DNA of 57,850 bases, filler included, from Sphacelaria rigidula (GCA_964200075.2; 7 parts of 7 records of this genome joined end to end with filler, not necessarily neighbours in it); one strand, 5' to 3'. Positions 1 through 13,122 are shown, numbered from the whole stretch's first letter. Notes: generated by a model not told the origin, from the sequence alone. Made by a program: numbers and translations.

Positions 1-1794
1 CCAACCACACAGACCCACGGGTACCCCCCGAAACAAAGCTCCAGTCAGGGATGCGAATCGGGGGGGGTGGGGGGTGTTAGCCCCCGAATTTCGTCAGGCT
101 GCTCGACGAAATTTTTCCGACCACACACAACTCATCCTCGTTTCCTTGCTTCCATATGGATACACGTGATCAAAAACCACCTCCTTAGAACGAAAAAAAC
201 ATGTGGTCGAGCGACACTCTCCTTATTCAGGCGCCACATGCACATCCACACCCCTGATACGCATGCCTGGTCAAATTCCTTTTTTCTCAACTCTTCTACC
301 GTTCCCTGAAACTCTTCAAAATATATACTTTATTTCCGTCTGGTGTGCCGAGCGTGGGACGTTTCCGGAGAGCGAGTTTGACCAAACATGCATTGTGATT
401 TGAAGCACACAACGGAAAAAACAGCGCTCGAATCGCACTCGTGGCCGACGAGATCGTCTCTGGTTTAGCCGGCCTATCGACGGACTCTTCCCGACAAGCC
501 ACCATCCCCGACGAGAGCAAATGAAATAAAACTCGCAGACGGGAGGGAAGCGGGGCAAAGTGGGAGAAGAGGCCTGAATCGGAGTGGCTTTGGTTCTGTG
601 ATCAAAAGTGTGCCACGGTGTAGTGCACTCCGACGAATTAGTAACAGAGAAGCATTGCTGCTGTACACCCAGCCGCTTTAGGGACTCACGTTAGAGAGCG
701 TGGTGTGTACTAGAACAGACAACACCATGGTGACTGCCTTGTATTCTTCTGTCTCTTGCTTATGCAGAGTCTACGTTTACCGCCCCATACGGCCTGCCGT
801 TTGGACATCATTCCCACGCTGCCACAAAGCTTCAGTGTTCTGTTCGCAAATATTGAAATAGAATCATTTGACTCTAGATATGAACAGGACCCACATGACC
901 CACCGTGGACTCCGAAGGGTTCACTTTCAGAGCTGGGGGCAGAATGAGTTCACCCTCTCCAAAGGTATCTCGTAGTGTGGTTCATGGTGATAGCCAGAGA
1001 TAATGGAAGCAATGGGGAGGAACACAGAGAAGGAGAGACAAGATACAAACAAACTAAACTGTACAGTACTGTTCAGCATTGCACTGCGCCTTGTTGTTTG
1101 GCCTTGTCCATCTACATACAACCACCTTCAGGGCGGGTCATCTGTTGTGCATTGGAATAACTTTGACTTGAAAGATGAATGCAAGACCCACACTTCCTAC
1201 CATGGAGGGCTACAAATGTCCATGGCTGGCACAATTTTACGAGTATCGCTAACCCCAACCCTAATCCCAATCCCACGCATACCGAGAACCCTCGGGCAAG
1301 GGCGGTACATACATCCCATAGGCAATAAAGGGCGGCCTTGGTAGACCCCGAATCGACGCCTGTGGCGCCTACTTAAACGAAAAGGCGTTCTGCGCACTCG
1401 AAGAGCACACGGGACTGTCAGCTCGACTAATATTCCGTTTCTCGTTGTTCTTACTCAAATCAAGTAATATAAACCATAAACATTTGTAGCCCAACACCGG
1501 TGAGCTCCATTGGCAGGGGGGGAACGAGAGAGAGGACAACACTCTACTCAACTGTACCGTTCTGCATCGTACTGCATTGTCCTGTACTGTATTGTGCCTT
1601 GTTCGGCTTCGTCAATCTATATACAACCGCCTTAGGGGCGAGTCATCTGTTGTGCATTGGCATAATTTTGACCTGAAAGATGAGCGCAAGACCCAGGTAG
1701 CCCATCGTGGAGGCTCACAGGTTCAACGCTTTTCAAAGGTTCCGTGTATTTCGATCATTGGTGGTGCCCGTGGAACAAGACAAGGAAAGGAGCG

Positions 1795-1860
1795 TTCTCA
1801 TGTGTTGCTTGCCTTAGTCGTTTGACCATTGACCACGCATCCCTTTCGAGACAGAGCACT
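1795..1860 (-). mobile_element. Short LINE 3'-end fragment (tail family A) with 12-bp TSD
   Basis: Reverse complement matches the LINE tail at 31648-31723; AGGAAAGGAGCG flanks it at 1783-1794 and 1861-1872. Confidence 0.8.
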
Positions 1861-2643
1861 AGGAAAGGAGCGGGGGGAGCGATGAAACAAGACTGCACCG
1901 TACCACACAGCTTCTGTACTGCACTGTACTACTGTCGTTGTATTTTGTTTTAATTCGGGTTTGTCCATAGTTACCCCCAGGGTAGGTCATCTGCAAAAAA
2001 AAACTTTTCACTGGAAAAATGAATCATTAGTACGGCCATGAGCACTGCACCTGCAACAGTGTGTATAACGTGCGCAGAAGGCCTTCTGGGTTTCTCTTGG
2101 AACCGACCGGTCGGATTGTTTGTTTCTGACTGGCTAGCTTGATTTCTCCACCAGGAAGAGCCAGGATAATTTGGGGGCGAAATTTACCACCTATTTTGTG
2201 AGCGATTCGCATCCCTGACTGCCTGCCCCTCAACCCTTGTGCCCGTGGTTTCTCTTGATTTCCTTTTGTCGAGGACGGTGACTTGTTCAGGAGACTCCAT
2301 CGATATGCCGGCTTTGGCAGCCCAGTTCTCCTCGGCGACGTGTGCAATTCGGGCGCTCTTGTTTGCTTTGCGTGCTTCAAAGCCGAGTGCAGCGGGCTAC
2401 GGAGTACTTTTCAAGGAACGTCCCGCGCTCAGCAGGAACGCGGGATATTGGCTGCTTTTTCGCAGGTTTTGAGGGGACGCTTCGACACTTGAACCGTTCC
2501 CTACCAATGTTTTCTGGAGTCGAAAGAGTTCGTGCGGCGGCATTGATTGAGTTTGTTTTGCTGTGTTTGGCTCCGCGCGAATTTGCACGCTTTGGGTCGA
2601 AAAAGGTAAGCGACATTCGGGAAGTGGTACCTGTGTACCTGTG

Positions 2644-3013
2644 CCGGTCTCCCCGGCGGCTCAGTTGGTAACCTCGAAACCTTCTGACGGTTGGGTCGTG
2701 GGTTCAAATCTCGGAGCGAGCTAGGATATTTTCTGACACAATGCTCAACAGTGGATAGCGACCATGTCGTGCGTACACAAAATTCCACCTAATGGTCGAC
2801 GAGGAAAAGGGACTGCTGAACCCCTCTCGCGATAAAAAATAAAGGCAAACACCACAGAAGGAAGGTGGAGAACTAAAACAAACAAGGAAGAAAAAAAACT
2901 CCTGTGTTGACCTTCCTCCTGTGTGACCCCGGCCGGTGCGCCCATATATTCCGAAAGGTGTAGACCGCGGCGTCAACAATAAATGGGACGACAGCACACA
3001 CACACGCACACAC
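2644..3013 (+). mobile_element. tRNA-derived SINE, full-length copy
   Basis: Pol III A-box GGCTCAGTTGG and B-box GGTTCAAATC, ~370 bp, (CA)n tail; five further copies in the window. Confidence 0.85.
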
Positions 3014-6000
3014 TTGTGTTCAATACAGACAGTACAGTCCGCACAGTGCTGCCTATACTGTCTACATAGTAATGTGCGTGTTTCGTACAGCATGCAGGCC
3101 CGATGTGGAGAAGAAGCGGGCAACATCGCACATAGACAGCAGAGCATACAGTAGGATGCCAGAATATTTGAACCGCGTACAGTTTTGTACCGTCTCGACT
3201 GTCGATGAGGGTGTTCGCAGTATGGTGACTCACCTCAACACACAACTCTGTCGGCGGACCCCACCACGAAATGAGATGCCCAGGTTTTCGCCAAGAAAAA
3301 AAAAAACATCATGCCAAGAGGGTGGTGGTGTCGGTTCCGCATGACTGCAGTAGTTGCGAATGAACCATGTGGGTTGTGCATAGTCCGGTGAAGAGGTGAT
3401 ATTTGGCATGGGTGTCCGCAACATAGCAGTCATGTGCCCCTTTATTCGTTTCCGCCGCTTGTTTTCAACCGAAAAAGCTAGGCTTTTCTGTTTTGCACCC
3501 TGCCCATAGCGCGCAAATAATTTACAAATGTACTAGAAGTCATCTGAGAACAAAAATGGTGTACACGTATCAGATACGAGCTATTCGATTCGACCGCATG
3601 CTTTCGAGCAGAAAACATTTTGATAGGCACGGCATTGGACTAGAGTTTGTGGCAGTCGCCAATCTCAACCTGTACGCATACCGGGGGATCTCAAATCGGA
3701 AGAGGCATTTCACGGACCGCAACATGGGCAAGATCGGGGAAGGTCAGATCGGGGTGCCACGATTTGATAACGATTCTCCCCCATTTCCGCCCAGATCGGG
3801 GGAAAGTTAAGGTTATCTCAACCTGTAGCAAGTGACGTACAGTAGTGGGCGGCCTAACTCTTTGGGGGTGTTTGAGATATTTCCTCGTGTATTACTCTTC
3901 GATAGAACTCGAAATTTCTAGCGTCGGTAGATTTTGGTACAATCAATAGATCATCCTCGAAGCATAGTGCCCAAGTCAATGTCAGCTGGTGTTATAAACG
4001 AGTAAACACCCCGTTCATCAGAGTGGTATTTTTGACCGTGAAACACAGTTTTCCGGCCGTGCTACAATGGGTGGGCAGAATTTCTGGAAAATAAAACTGT
4101 ACATTTTTTCACAAATATGATCGGGACAGGTTTGATTGACCGAAAATACAGAGGAGTAGGAATCTGGGCTGAAATATGGCAGGGCCCCCGATGATCGGTC
4201 AGGCCGTAAGTCGCTCAATATTGAGTGCAGATGTTATTTTTTCTTGGAATGTGGAGCGGATACAAATATCTTCAGATCCCCGATGTGATGAGCGGTGGCT
4301 AGGCTTTTACTTATTATGCCAGCATGATTTCTGACATAATTTCACCTTGGTGGCATAAGTAGCATAGCGTTTCAGCAATTAGCATAATCGAGCATAATTT
4401 TTCACCATGGGGCTGGGTATACTGGTCTAAATGCTGGCCTGCTGTGATATTTTGGGCGAAAACTTTGCTATCATCGACCGCGGGTCTGAAATACGTGTAT
4501 GCTCTGGAACTAGACATTCAAACTGCCAGTGTGATCGATCGCAGGTCTGAAAAACGGTGCAGTACTGTTGTGAAGAAGCGAAGCAAAGGGTACCAGCGTA
4601 TTGCTTGACATGTATTCGAGGAACTTTGATGATGTGCACCTCGGAACCGTTTGGATGTAGGATGTGAGGGATAGGTGGGAAGCTCACGTATATGTGTTTT
4701 TTTTATCTTGGCTTCCCATTGTGTGTTTTGGCTCTGTACTTTCTCCGGCTTCTTTATTCTTCTCGTCTACTCCAGTATTTTTACCAAATTCGACCCCTTC
4801 GTGTGTTTCCTTTTTTGCTCCTTGTCGGCTGGGTTGTACCCATCTTGCGACCCCGGCTAGACTAGACGCGGATCGGTTCATGCGAGACAATCGCTTCAAC
4901 AATCATTCATGAATCAAGTGTCAATTTTTCGTTTGTCGTTGTCCTTGGACACGAGTTCCTCGACATGGGACAGGCGACGAGTGAACACATCATGCGATGT
5001 CGTGACTTGTTATTTGGAGTGTGATGACGAGATGCATCTGCATCGACCTTTGCAGGATGCACATAAGATACACCAATTGTGCCAGATCGTGATGGATATT
5101 CGAATCAGCAGGTTGCCTGACATATGTCTTGTGTGCAGGGCAGTGGGGGGGCGGCATATAGGACAAGATGCTGTACATGTAGTGCGCAATGATACACGAT
5201 GATGCACCGTGTACGACAACAGTAAAATACGGCACCCAAGCGTCCTAATGCAGGCAGGAAGTATCTCGTATGTATATAACATGCATATAGTGATCAGCGT
5301 GTCTGTATCCAGTCAAAAATGGCATCCTTGCCGGATGTCACGAGCATAATCGAGCATAAATTCCATGTTGCGAGCATGAATGGAGTATATATTTTTTGGA
5401 AATGCGAGCATAAATCGAGCATAAATTCCGCTTCACGAGCATGATTTTTGGTGAGATTACTACCATAAAAAGGTGACCTTACTAGCATAATAAGTAAAAG
5501 CGTAGCGGTGGCAGGCGAAAAGAGCCCGAGAAAACCGCCAATTATGAAAAAATCACAAAATGCCACAAAATGATTAGTTAGACCGCCCACTACTGTACGT
5601 GCAGTGATGTGTGGTGACAGGGCAACAGGGGTCTGGCATTTTCGAAACCGCAGCAGCAGACAGTCGCGTGACAGCACAAGCCGTGCCTGCCCACGGCAGT
5701 TGCTGGAGTAGCTTCGTACGGGGTTTGACTAGCGGATAAGAAGATTGAGGCCGTACCCTGGGGCGATGGTGATATTTTATGCTGCACTGCGCTGCCATAT
5801 ATATCACCATGAGGAACGATACTGTACTATCCTACTCTCTCTTGTCGCTATACTTCCAGGATGATGCACAGCAATGCACTTCTCATCTCTTCTCGCACAC
5901 CGTTCAATGTTTTTGCAATACCGCCTGTGCCATCAGGCACTAATTACCTCACGGCATAATCGTGTGCCGTGATGACGGAATGCACTGCACTGTATCACCT

Positions 6001-6513
6001 CAGGGTACCACGGTACGATGCTGTACTCGAAGGGTGGTTCACCGACTGCCTGCTCTTCGGCTTCCCCCGGAAGCGATACTATAACAGGGCCCTCACGGAT
6101 CTGATTTTCGCCAATATGAGTCCCTCCAGTTGTGCACAGATTGCGGTTTCCACAGAATCAAGATTCGTCCCATAAAAACTAGCCTTGGACAGCCAGCGTC
6201 GCCTCAGAACAGTTTCGCAGGCTGACAGTCCGGGGACATCGCGGGGTTTCTAGGGGTGAGGGCCAGTTTGCAGAACAGCCGAAAAGCCCACCAAGTCGAC
6301 CATGCGTGTTTGGAAGTTTCCCACGGGAAATAATGACAGTCAGGTACGAGGCCCGAGAGGAGCGGAGTGACCATCGTGACCGATCACGATAATCAAAATG
6401 GTCACTTTGTTCCCTACAGGTGGACTACTTCGCTGTCTAGCCGTATTTCTTGCTTTGATCACGGCAATTCAACAGTACACTACATGGGCACAAATAACGT
6501 GTTTCGTACTCTG

Positions 6514-6717
6514 CAAGGGTAGGTCGAGTAGAGTATACTCAATTGCGGGGTATTTTGAAAGTCGTACTCAAAGTACACAAATTGAGGGTAGAATTTTAGG
6601 AATCGCTTCCCAGCATTTGTTGGGGTACGACTCTAACACTCTACCCTAACTTGGGTACCCCAAGTACGTCTTTCAAAATACCCCGCATTTGAATATACTC
6701 TACTCGACCTGCCCTTG
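6514..6717. mobile_element. 204-bp MITE, hAT-type
   Basis: Long TIR CAAGGG(T/C)AGGTCGAGTAGAGTATA...; perfect 8-bp TSD GTACTCTG (6506-6513, 6718-6725); same-length copy at 46320. Confidence 0.92.
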
Positions 6718-8179
6718 GTACTCTGCTCGTGATCTGCGCCACCTGCCTGGCCCCTCATGTGCTGCCAAAATAGCTTCACATTGTCTGTAGTGGTGTGTTG
6801 TGGAAGGAACACCAAACAGGGGCATCAGCAGCATGCAGTAGATCGTGTTCGGTGGAGAACGATGCATGTCACACTGCTTGTTCCTTGCCACTGTGTTCGA
6901 TGAAGACATACAGCACACATACTGACCCTGCACGCTAAAGACCGCAGGTTCAAAACCAGTCAGAGGTTCTCCGGCACAGGTCTCTATGTAGATGACCAAC
7001 ATCCACAAATGATCATGAAAAAAGGCGTTTTGTGTAGCGAGAAAAGAGCTGGTCTGAACCCCGAATGTGGCATAGCCCATCTCGGTACACCTCCGCGGGG
7101 TAGCTGTCGAAGGGCTGGAGCGCATGAAAATGATTTGGCTGACCACTCTGTGTAAGCGGTGTGGAAGTGTATGTAGCGTCTTGACACGTAGAGCGTGGCC
7201 TGCACGCACGATTTCCCCATCAACAGGGTGTAGTATAAAACCACATCCTGAACAAGAGATTGGATCGTCAAACAAAATACTCGGTACGAACAGTATGGGA
7301 TATATTGTCTATTGTAATAGTCGATAGTGTACGCAGTACATTTTTTGGACAACGTAATCCTTTGTCCAGGGTGTGGTATAAAATCAAGAGCATCCAGGTC
7401 GATCGTTCCCGGAAAAACATGAAGATGAGATAAGCTGTCTGTGGTCGGCACAATATCGTCCAACAGCCCAGAAACGTTTTGGAGCCCAAAATTAGCCCGA
7501 TTCGCACATCGAACTCTCCGGCGAACCCTGAAACACGAGCTGGTGAACACTTTGGCAAACAGAGAGGTTCGCGGTGCCTCCGCAAAACGCCACCAGGTAC
7601 GCTCTTTCCGACACGCCGTGGGAAAATCCGTTTGAAGTGCCCATACAAGGCGCTACAAACGCGACTGAGGGACTAACGGCTGGACGACCGCCAGATACAG
7701 AGCCTGAACGGCGAACCCCGACGGGCAGCGCTCAAACAGCAGTGAGCTTGAGGCACTCAACAAGTCAGCTTGTACAAGCAGCTCACCTGCGAGAATATCT
7801 CCAAACGCGCTTCGTCGGGAAGCCCGTGCTTCCGGTCGTGCCAGAGGTTGCGGCTTAAGACAGCACCCAGAAGTAGGGACGCAATTAGAGCATGAAGGAC
7901 ACCGCGACGGCACAAAGGAACGATCTTCAATGAGAGAGTGTCGCTGTGGAGTGTGCACCGAGGAGAATGTCGCCATGCGTTGCTCTGTATTTTACTCACC
8001 CTAAGAATCGGAGCACATACGTAGTCACTGAACATCCCGCCCGAAAACTATTTTCGTGGGCAGGAACAACGTCCTGCGGCTGGAGCTACCTTTTCAGCCA
8101 ACGCCGGTACTATGGAGTCATCCTACGATAGGGGGGGGGGTATTTGGTTGCACGAAAAAAGAGGCTCATAAGTGTGTCA

Positions 8180-8279
8180 NNNNNNNNNNNNNNNNNNNNN
8201 NNNNNNNNNNNNNNNNNNNNNNNTTAATTAATTAANNNNNNNNNNNNNNNNNNNNNNNNNNNNNNNNNNNNNNNNNNNN
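8180..8279. other. Artificial contig linker (N44-TTAATTAATTAA-N44)
   Basis: 44 N + TTAATTAATTAA (stops in all six frames) + 44 N; identical to five other linkers. Confidence 0.99.
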
Positions 8280-8372
8280 CGTGCTCCGTCCCGGCTTTGT
8301 AGGGATGTGAGGTCAATGGTCTTCTGACTATGGCATGCAGGATCATGAGTACACCCCCCTCCCACCCCCTCC
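8280..8372 (+). mobile_element. Retroelement 3' end (tail family B), cut by contig start
   Basis: GTGCTCCGTCCCGGCTTTGTAGGGATG..GGTCAATGGTC..GAGTACACCCCC shared with 8888-9130 and 31724-32085. Confidence 0.8.
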
Positions 8373-8439
8373 CATGAGGCAGTGTGGCACCCGTGGCTAT
8401 ATCTGGAAGTACCGATGACAGATGATGAAGCAACTAATT

Positions 8440-8876
8440 CACAGGCACCGTAGGTAAGAAACCGTGCCGAGCGTACCCCCGGTATTCACCGGGGTATCCC
8501 ATACCGTGGTATCGTAGGTATGGTTGGTATGAGTTCGAAAATACCGGATTAGACGGGTACAGTAGGTATTGAAATCTCGAAATACCCTGGTACCGTAGGT
8601 ACCGTAGGTACCGTAGGTATGACATTTGAAAATACCTGATTGGGCGGGTACGGTAGGTGTTGAAATCTCGAAATACCCTGGTACCAAAAGTATCGTAGGT
8701 GACATTTGAAAATACCGGATTCGGCGGGTACGGTAGGGACTGAAATCTCGAAATACCGTCGTATCGCAGGTATCGTGGGTACAACCTTTGAAAATACCGA
8801 ATTGGACCGATATCGGTAGGGTATGAGATGTCCCTAGTACCGGTGCCGGGTACCTAACTTACCTACGGTGCCTGTG
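8440..8876. mobile_element. 437-bp hAT-type MITE with internal tandem repeats
   Basis: Perfect 19-bp TIR CACAGGCACCGTAGGTAAG; flanks AACTAATT/AACTGATT (8 bp, 1 mismatch); internal ~70-95 bp units containing GAAAATACC and GAAATCTCGAAATACC. Confidence 0.85.
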
Positions 8877-8887
8877 AACTGATTTTA

Positions 8888-9130
8888 GGCTGTCATCCAT
8901 GTGCAAGATAATCAGTACACTTCAGGCCGAACAATCGAAGCAGGATGCAGCTCAACCTTGATGCGACCCGCCGAATGCATCACGGCGCTTCGCGCTTGGT
9001 AGTTTGAGTGCAAGCTTGGTCCTGCGAAAACCCGGCGTGCTGGGTTCCGGCTTTGTAGGGATGCGAGGTCAATAGTCATATGACTACAGTATGCAGGATC
9101 ATGAGTATACCCCTCCCCCCCCTCCCCCGT
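8888..9130 (+). mobile_element. Retroelement 3' region (tail family B), C-rich tail
   Basis: Collinear with 31806-32040 and, inverted, with 10135-10365. Confidence 0.8.
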
Positions 9131-9521
9131 TCCCTCCTCCATTCCCTCTGGGCATGCATGCGCCTAGGGGTGGATCTGCTACAAATGAACTTATGCACCC
9201 TCCGCGGGTCACCTGCAAAACGGTATATATATACATATATTAATCAAACCTCGAAATGTTTTTGTGATTGTTTTCATCCTACCATGTCTTTCTTGCCCCT
9301 ACTGGCAGTCACCACATCTCCGCCAGGCGGGAACTATGTTTGTCCACCCCAGCCTCCGTGTCGTGCCGGAAACGAAGTAAAAAACATCCTACTTCAACTG
9401 GTATGTGCCTCTTCTTACATACACACACATGATTATGAATGGTTTTCGCAAACTCTCTTTTACTCCCCCCGCCCCCTTCCTCCCTCCCTCCAACGCCCCC
9501 ACCCCCCCCTCTCCCTCTCAC

Positions 9522-9969
9522 CGAGACGAATTCTGCTCGCGAGCATAGATGGACAGCAGTATAAAGGTCAGCAGCGGCAGGAACGGGATGTTATCCCACA
9601 CCGCCAACAACGGGGCCAGCACCGTGTAGACCGCACTCTTTAGCTCCGGCACTAGCCTGAACACGTTATCGCCATTTTTAATGCCATCCAAGATGGGCAT
9701 CATGTATGGCAACGTCGCCAGCAAACGGAGCTGTATCGGGAGCTTACCGCCACCCCCCCCTCCTGTCCGACGCTCCCCATCGCTACCGCCAACGCCCTTC
9801 TGTGTCCCCTCGCCCCCCTCCCGTCGCATGCTGAGCATGAGAGGCGTCCTCGGGTGGGCTGTTACAAGTCTTCCGTGACGGTTCGAAGGGGTTCGTCCCG
9901 CCAAGTATGGCGGTAGTGGTGATCGTTTTGTGTGGCAGCTCGGATCGTCTAAACGTACGAAGGCGCCTG
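9522..9969 (-). CDS. TIC20: Exon of Tic20/Ycf60-family plastid protein-import component
   Basis: RLLATLPYMMPILDGIKNG...LAPLLAVWDNIPFLPLLTFILLSIYAREQNSSR fits the Tic20 pattern R..A.LPY..P..DG...IPF......R....SR(F.RFN); acceptor CACAG, donor CG|GTGAG; N-terminal part AGAFVR...LMLSMR looks like a transit peptide. Confidence 0.85.
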
Positions 9970-10134
9970 CTGTGGTAGGGTGGTGGGTGGCGGTGGCAGA
10001 GTTTCACATGTTTGGGTTCGGGATAACGGGGGCCGTGACCACACAGAGGGTGTGATGTGTTCGTGCAGTCGTGATTGTTGGGTTTGCGGTTTTGAATGCT
10101 AGTAAGAGGCATCGCAAGTGAGGGTCGTCATTCG

Positions 10135-10540
10135 GGGAGGGGGGTGTACTATAATCTTGCATGCCACAGTCATCTGACCATTGACCTCGCATCCCTACAA
10201 AGCCGGGACGGAGAACGCCGGGTTTTCGCCGGACCACGTCCGCAATCAATCGCCATGCGCGAAGCGCCGTGGTGTATTTGGCGAGTCGCGTGAAGGGTGA
10301 GCTGCATTCTGCTAAGATTGTCCAGCCCGAAGCCTACTGATTATCTTGCCTTTGGATGACAGTCTACAAAAAGTTGCTTCATTTTCTGGTATCGCCACTT
10401 CCAGAGACAACCACGGCTTACAAGTGCCTCATGGGTGTTTCACGATTTAAAGACCACGTAGTACGATCATCTACTTTGCGCGGGGTTGAGGTTCTACACC
10501 CCGCACAACATAATCTAGCTCAACCACTATCAAGGTTACC
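10135..10540 (-). mobile_element. Retroelement family B copy (longer 5' extent)
   Basis: Reverse complement aligns with 31724-32030; its 5' part matches 16559-16685. Confidence 0.78.
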
Positions 10541-12747
10541 GCAAAGAAAACACAAGCGCGCAAAAAACTCTGGAACCTGATTGCCTAGCTTACGCAGAGT
10601 GGCGTGTTTTACAGCGTCATTGTCAACCGACGCCAGCCCCATCGTAGGGGGTCCACCCCTACAAACCGGAGGGGTGGGGTGGGGGGGGGGGTTGGGGCGT
10701 TTGACAGTAATGGAAGGGAGGGAGTGGTTGGGCAACAAGACTACCCGAACTTCAAAGGGGATACGACTGCAAGTTGAAGATGCGGAGCAAACACGGTATC
10801 GTAGAAAGCATGGCCGAAACTTTGCTTGAAAAAGACACAGATGCCGTTCGTAGCTTTCAGGATAACTCGGGGGCCCCAGCTGTCCTTGAACAAGACGTTC
10901 GAGAGCATCCTTTTCGAACTGCTGATCCAATCACGGCTGAAAAATGGAACCGTCGGGGAAAGCACGTGAGTTAGTGTGGTGTTCTCCCACCCGCTTCATC
11001 TGCTACATGTAACCCAACTGCTATTAATAAAGTGTGCGTGTCAATGCTTTAGTGTAGTAGAGTGCAGTCCTACTGGCGGCCTGTGGCGTAGTTGGTAATT
11101 GTGTTTGTATCAGTGCTGCCGACAAAACTATTCCGCCAAACGTGTACACAACAGAATGAAAAGTCCTCTAGGGATAATTATCCTTATCAATAGTCTCTGC
11201 TCTACTGGTCTCCCGTTGGGGGGTACGCTGCAGCCGCTGTGCACGTACACAAACAAGTTTTTTTAACCAAAACTATGAACCACGACATGAACTAGAGATA
11301 ACAATGTCAAATGACATGTATTTTTCAATTCAAAATGACCACCACGTGTGCACATTCGGTGGTTAATGACGATAGCACGTGTGGCAGTATACTTCCTGTC
11401 CCAGACGTAAAGTCAGTTGTGTTCACACCGCCCCTGGACCACCCTATCTCCAAGCGGGGGTGCCGATTCACAAATGAACCACCGCTCGAATAGGGTCAAT
11501 CGTGTCAATGTATCAGGGGACCATACTCTTCAGTCTTCGTCATTTTCCAAGTTCCAAACGTTTTTTTTCATTCGCGCACTATAATACTATCCTTTGTCGG
11601 CGAACGTCCGAAAAACACGACTCGGCCCGACCATGGCCATATTCGACCTTTTCGCTCCAAACAAAACTGAAAAAGAGAAAACGAATGGCCAGGAACAGAA
11701 CATTTTCATATTTTCTACATATCAGGAGGTTCCTTTTTGCATCGACGCGGAGTTCCACTTGTCGGACTTTAGAGAGCCATGTGACGACCTGCATCTGGCG
11801 TTCAAACGCCAAAAATTGGCCAAATTAGTAAAAATAGTGGAGAAAAATGGAAAATTTCAACCTAACGATTCGAAATTCTTATGGCTCGGATAGCCTACTC
11901 CTTATTTCTTTCTATAAACATCGCCAAGTGAAGCATTGACTCCTCGACGGACACTTGTGCAACTTTTCCCGTTTATGTGGTGTCACCCACATCATCCCCT
12001 CATTCATGAGCCCCTTCGTACGTGTTCTGAACGATAATAGGTTTGTAATGTCAAACCATTTTCGCCGCCTAGCGGTGAGGATGTATACTTTTTTTTCACG
12101 TATCTTCTACATGTAATGGATTGCAAAACCAAGAATTCCCACAGATGACTTTCCCGCGAGACTGTGACTCTGCTTCGAAGGCAACCACCGGTCGTCTTGT
12201 CCCCCACCATGTTCACGACTCTTTTGTCCTCACTTTACTTTTTCGTCGCTCCTTGGAGGGAGCCAAAGAACCCGGGACCTTCTGTGAATCAAGCGTACGA
12301 GTAGAGATATGACTTGCTCACAAACGACTTACTCGGGAGGCCTGGCCAAGGCTCCACCGCCACAGGCCACGGACGATGCGCAACGAGATTTCTCGAATTT
12401 CGAGTTGAAATTTCGACACCAGATAAAAACACGAGGGCCAGTTCGGGCGAAACCAATTTTTAAGCTGTCCTCAACTCCCTCAAAGTAAGTGATATTCAAG
12501 TAAGTTTATTCTCCGGCGAGGGTAGGCCTACACGCTGTTTACATGGTGTCAAAACTTCACGAAATTCAAAAAATTGCGTCGGGTGGCATACTAAAGTAAA
12601 AGTCGTGTGCCGATAATATACTGGGTGGAGTACAGCGCGTGCCCAAATATTGGCCATGAGGAAACTAATGGCGTTTGTGCCACGTATGATAGCTTTGATG
12701 GGACAGTACAATATCTTGACGCCTGCGTAGCATGAGGTCATCTACTG

Positions 12748-13122
12748 AGTCGACGATATCCGCATGCACGAGTCCCACATGCTCACCAGGTGCGTTGTAC
12801 TGTGTGCACCACACGTATCAACACCGCAACCGCCAGGCCTGCTTTCGGAAACAAAAATATCTCTGGTCATTTCTGGCGCCGGTAACCTCGGCGCGACATT
12901 CTTGCGTGAGTTGCAAATAGCACGGCACATATGATGATATATAGATAGCCGCAGAAAAACTCACGTGAGGATGTTGCGGGGGGGGTTACCGGCGCCAGAA
13001 AGGTCCGGTAATAATATTGTTCCGAAAGAAGGCCTGGTGGTAGAGGGGTTGCTACGTGTAGTGCAGACAGTACAACACACCTGGTGGGGGGGTGGGACTC
13101 GTGTATGCGGATGCCGTCGACG
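12748..13122. repeat. Foldback inverted repeat (~160-bp arms, ~48-nt spacer)
   Basis: TTTCTGGCGCCGGTAACC / GGTTACCGGCGCCAGAAA and neighbouring blocks are reverse complements. Confidence 0.85.

Noticed and set aside
2648-2720. tRNA gene (also 24838-24907, 53058-53130)
   Set aside because: No complementary 3' acceptor stem, and it runs directly into a repeated SINE body
6700-7860. Overlapping 120-190 aa ORFs
   Set aside because: No motif recognised; part resembles a dispersed repeat near 48590-48660, likely decayed TE sequence
8470-8830. CRISPR-like arrays (also 21420-21960, 35470-35655, 39295-39350)
   Set aside because: Degenerate tandem repeats without unique spacers, no cas genes, eukaryotic context
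10774-10974. Plus-strand ORF ending at a CAC|GTGAGT donor
   Set aside because: No homology recognised, and it is antisense within the inferred Tic20 intron
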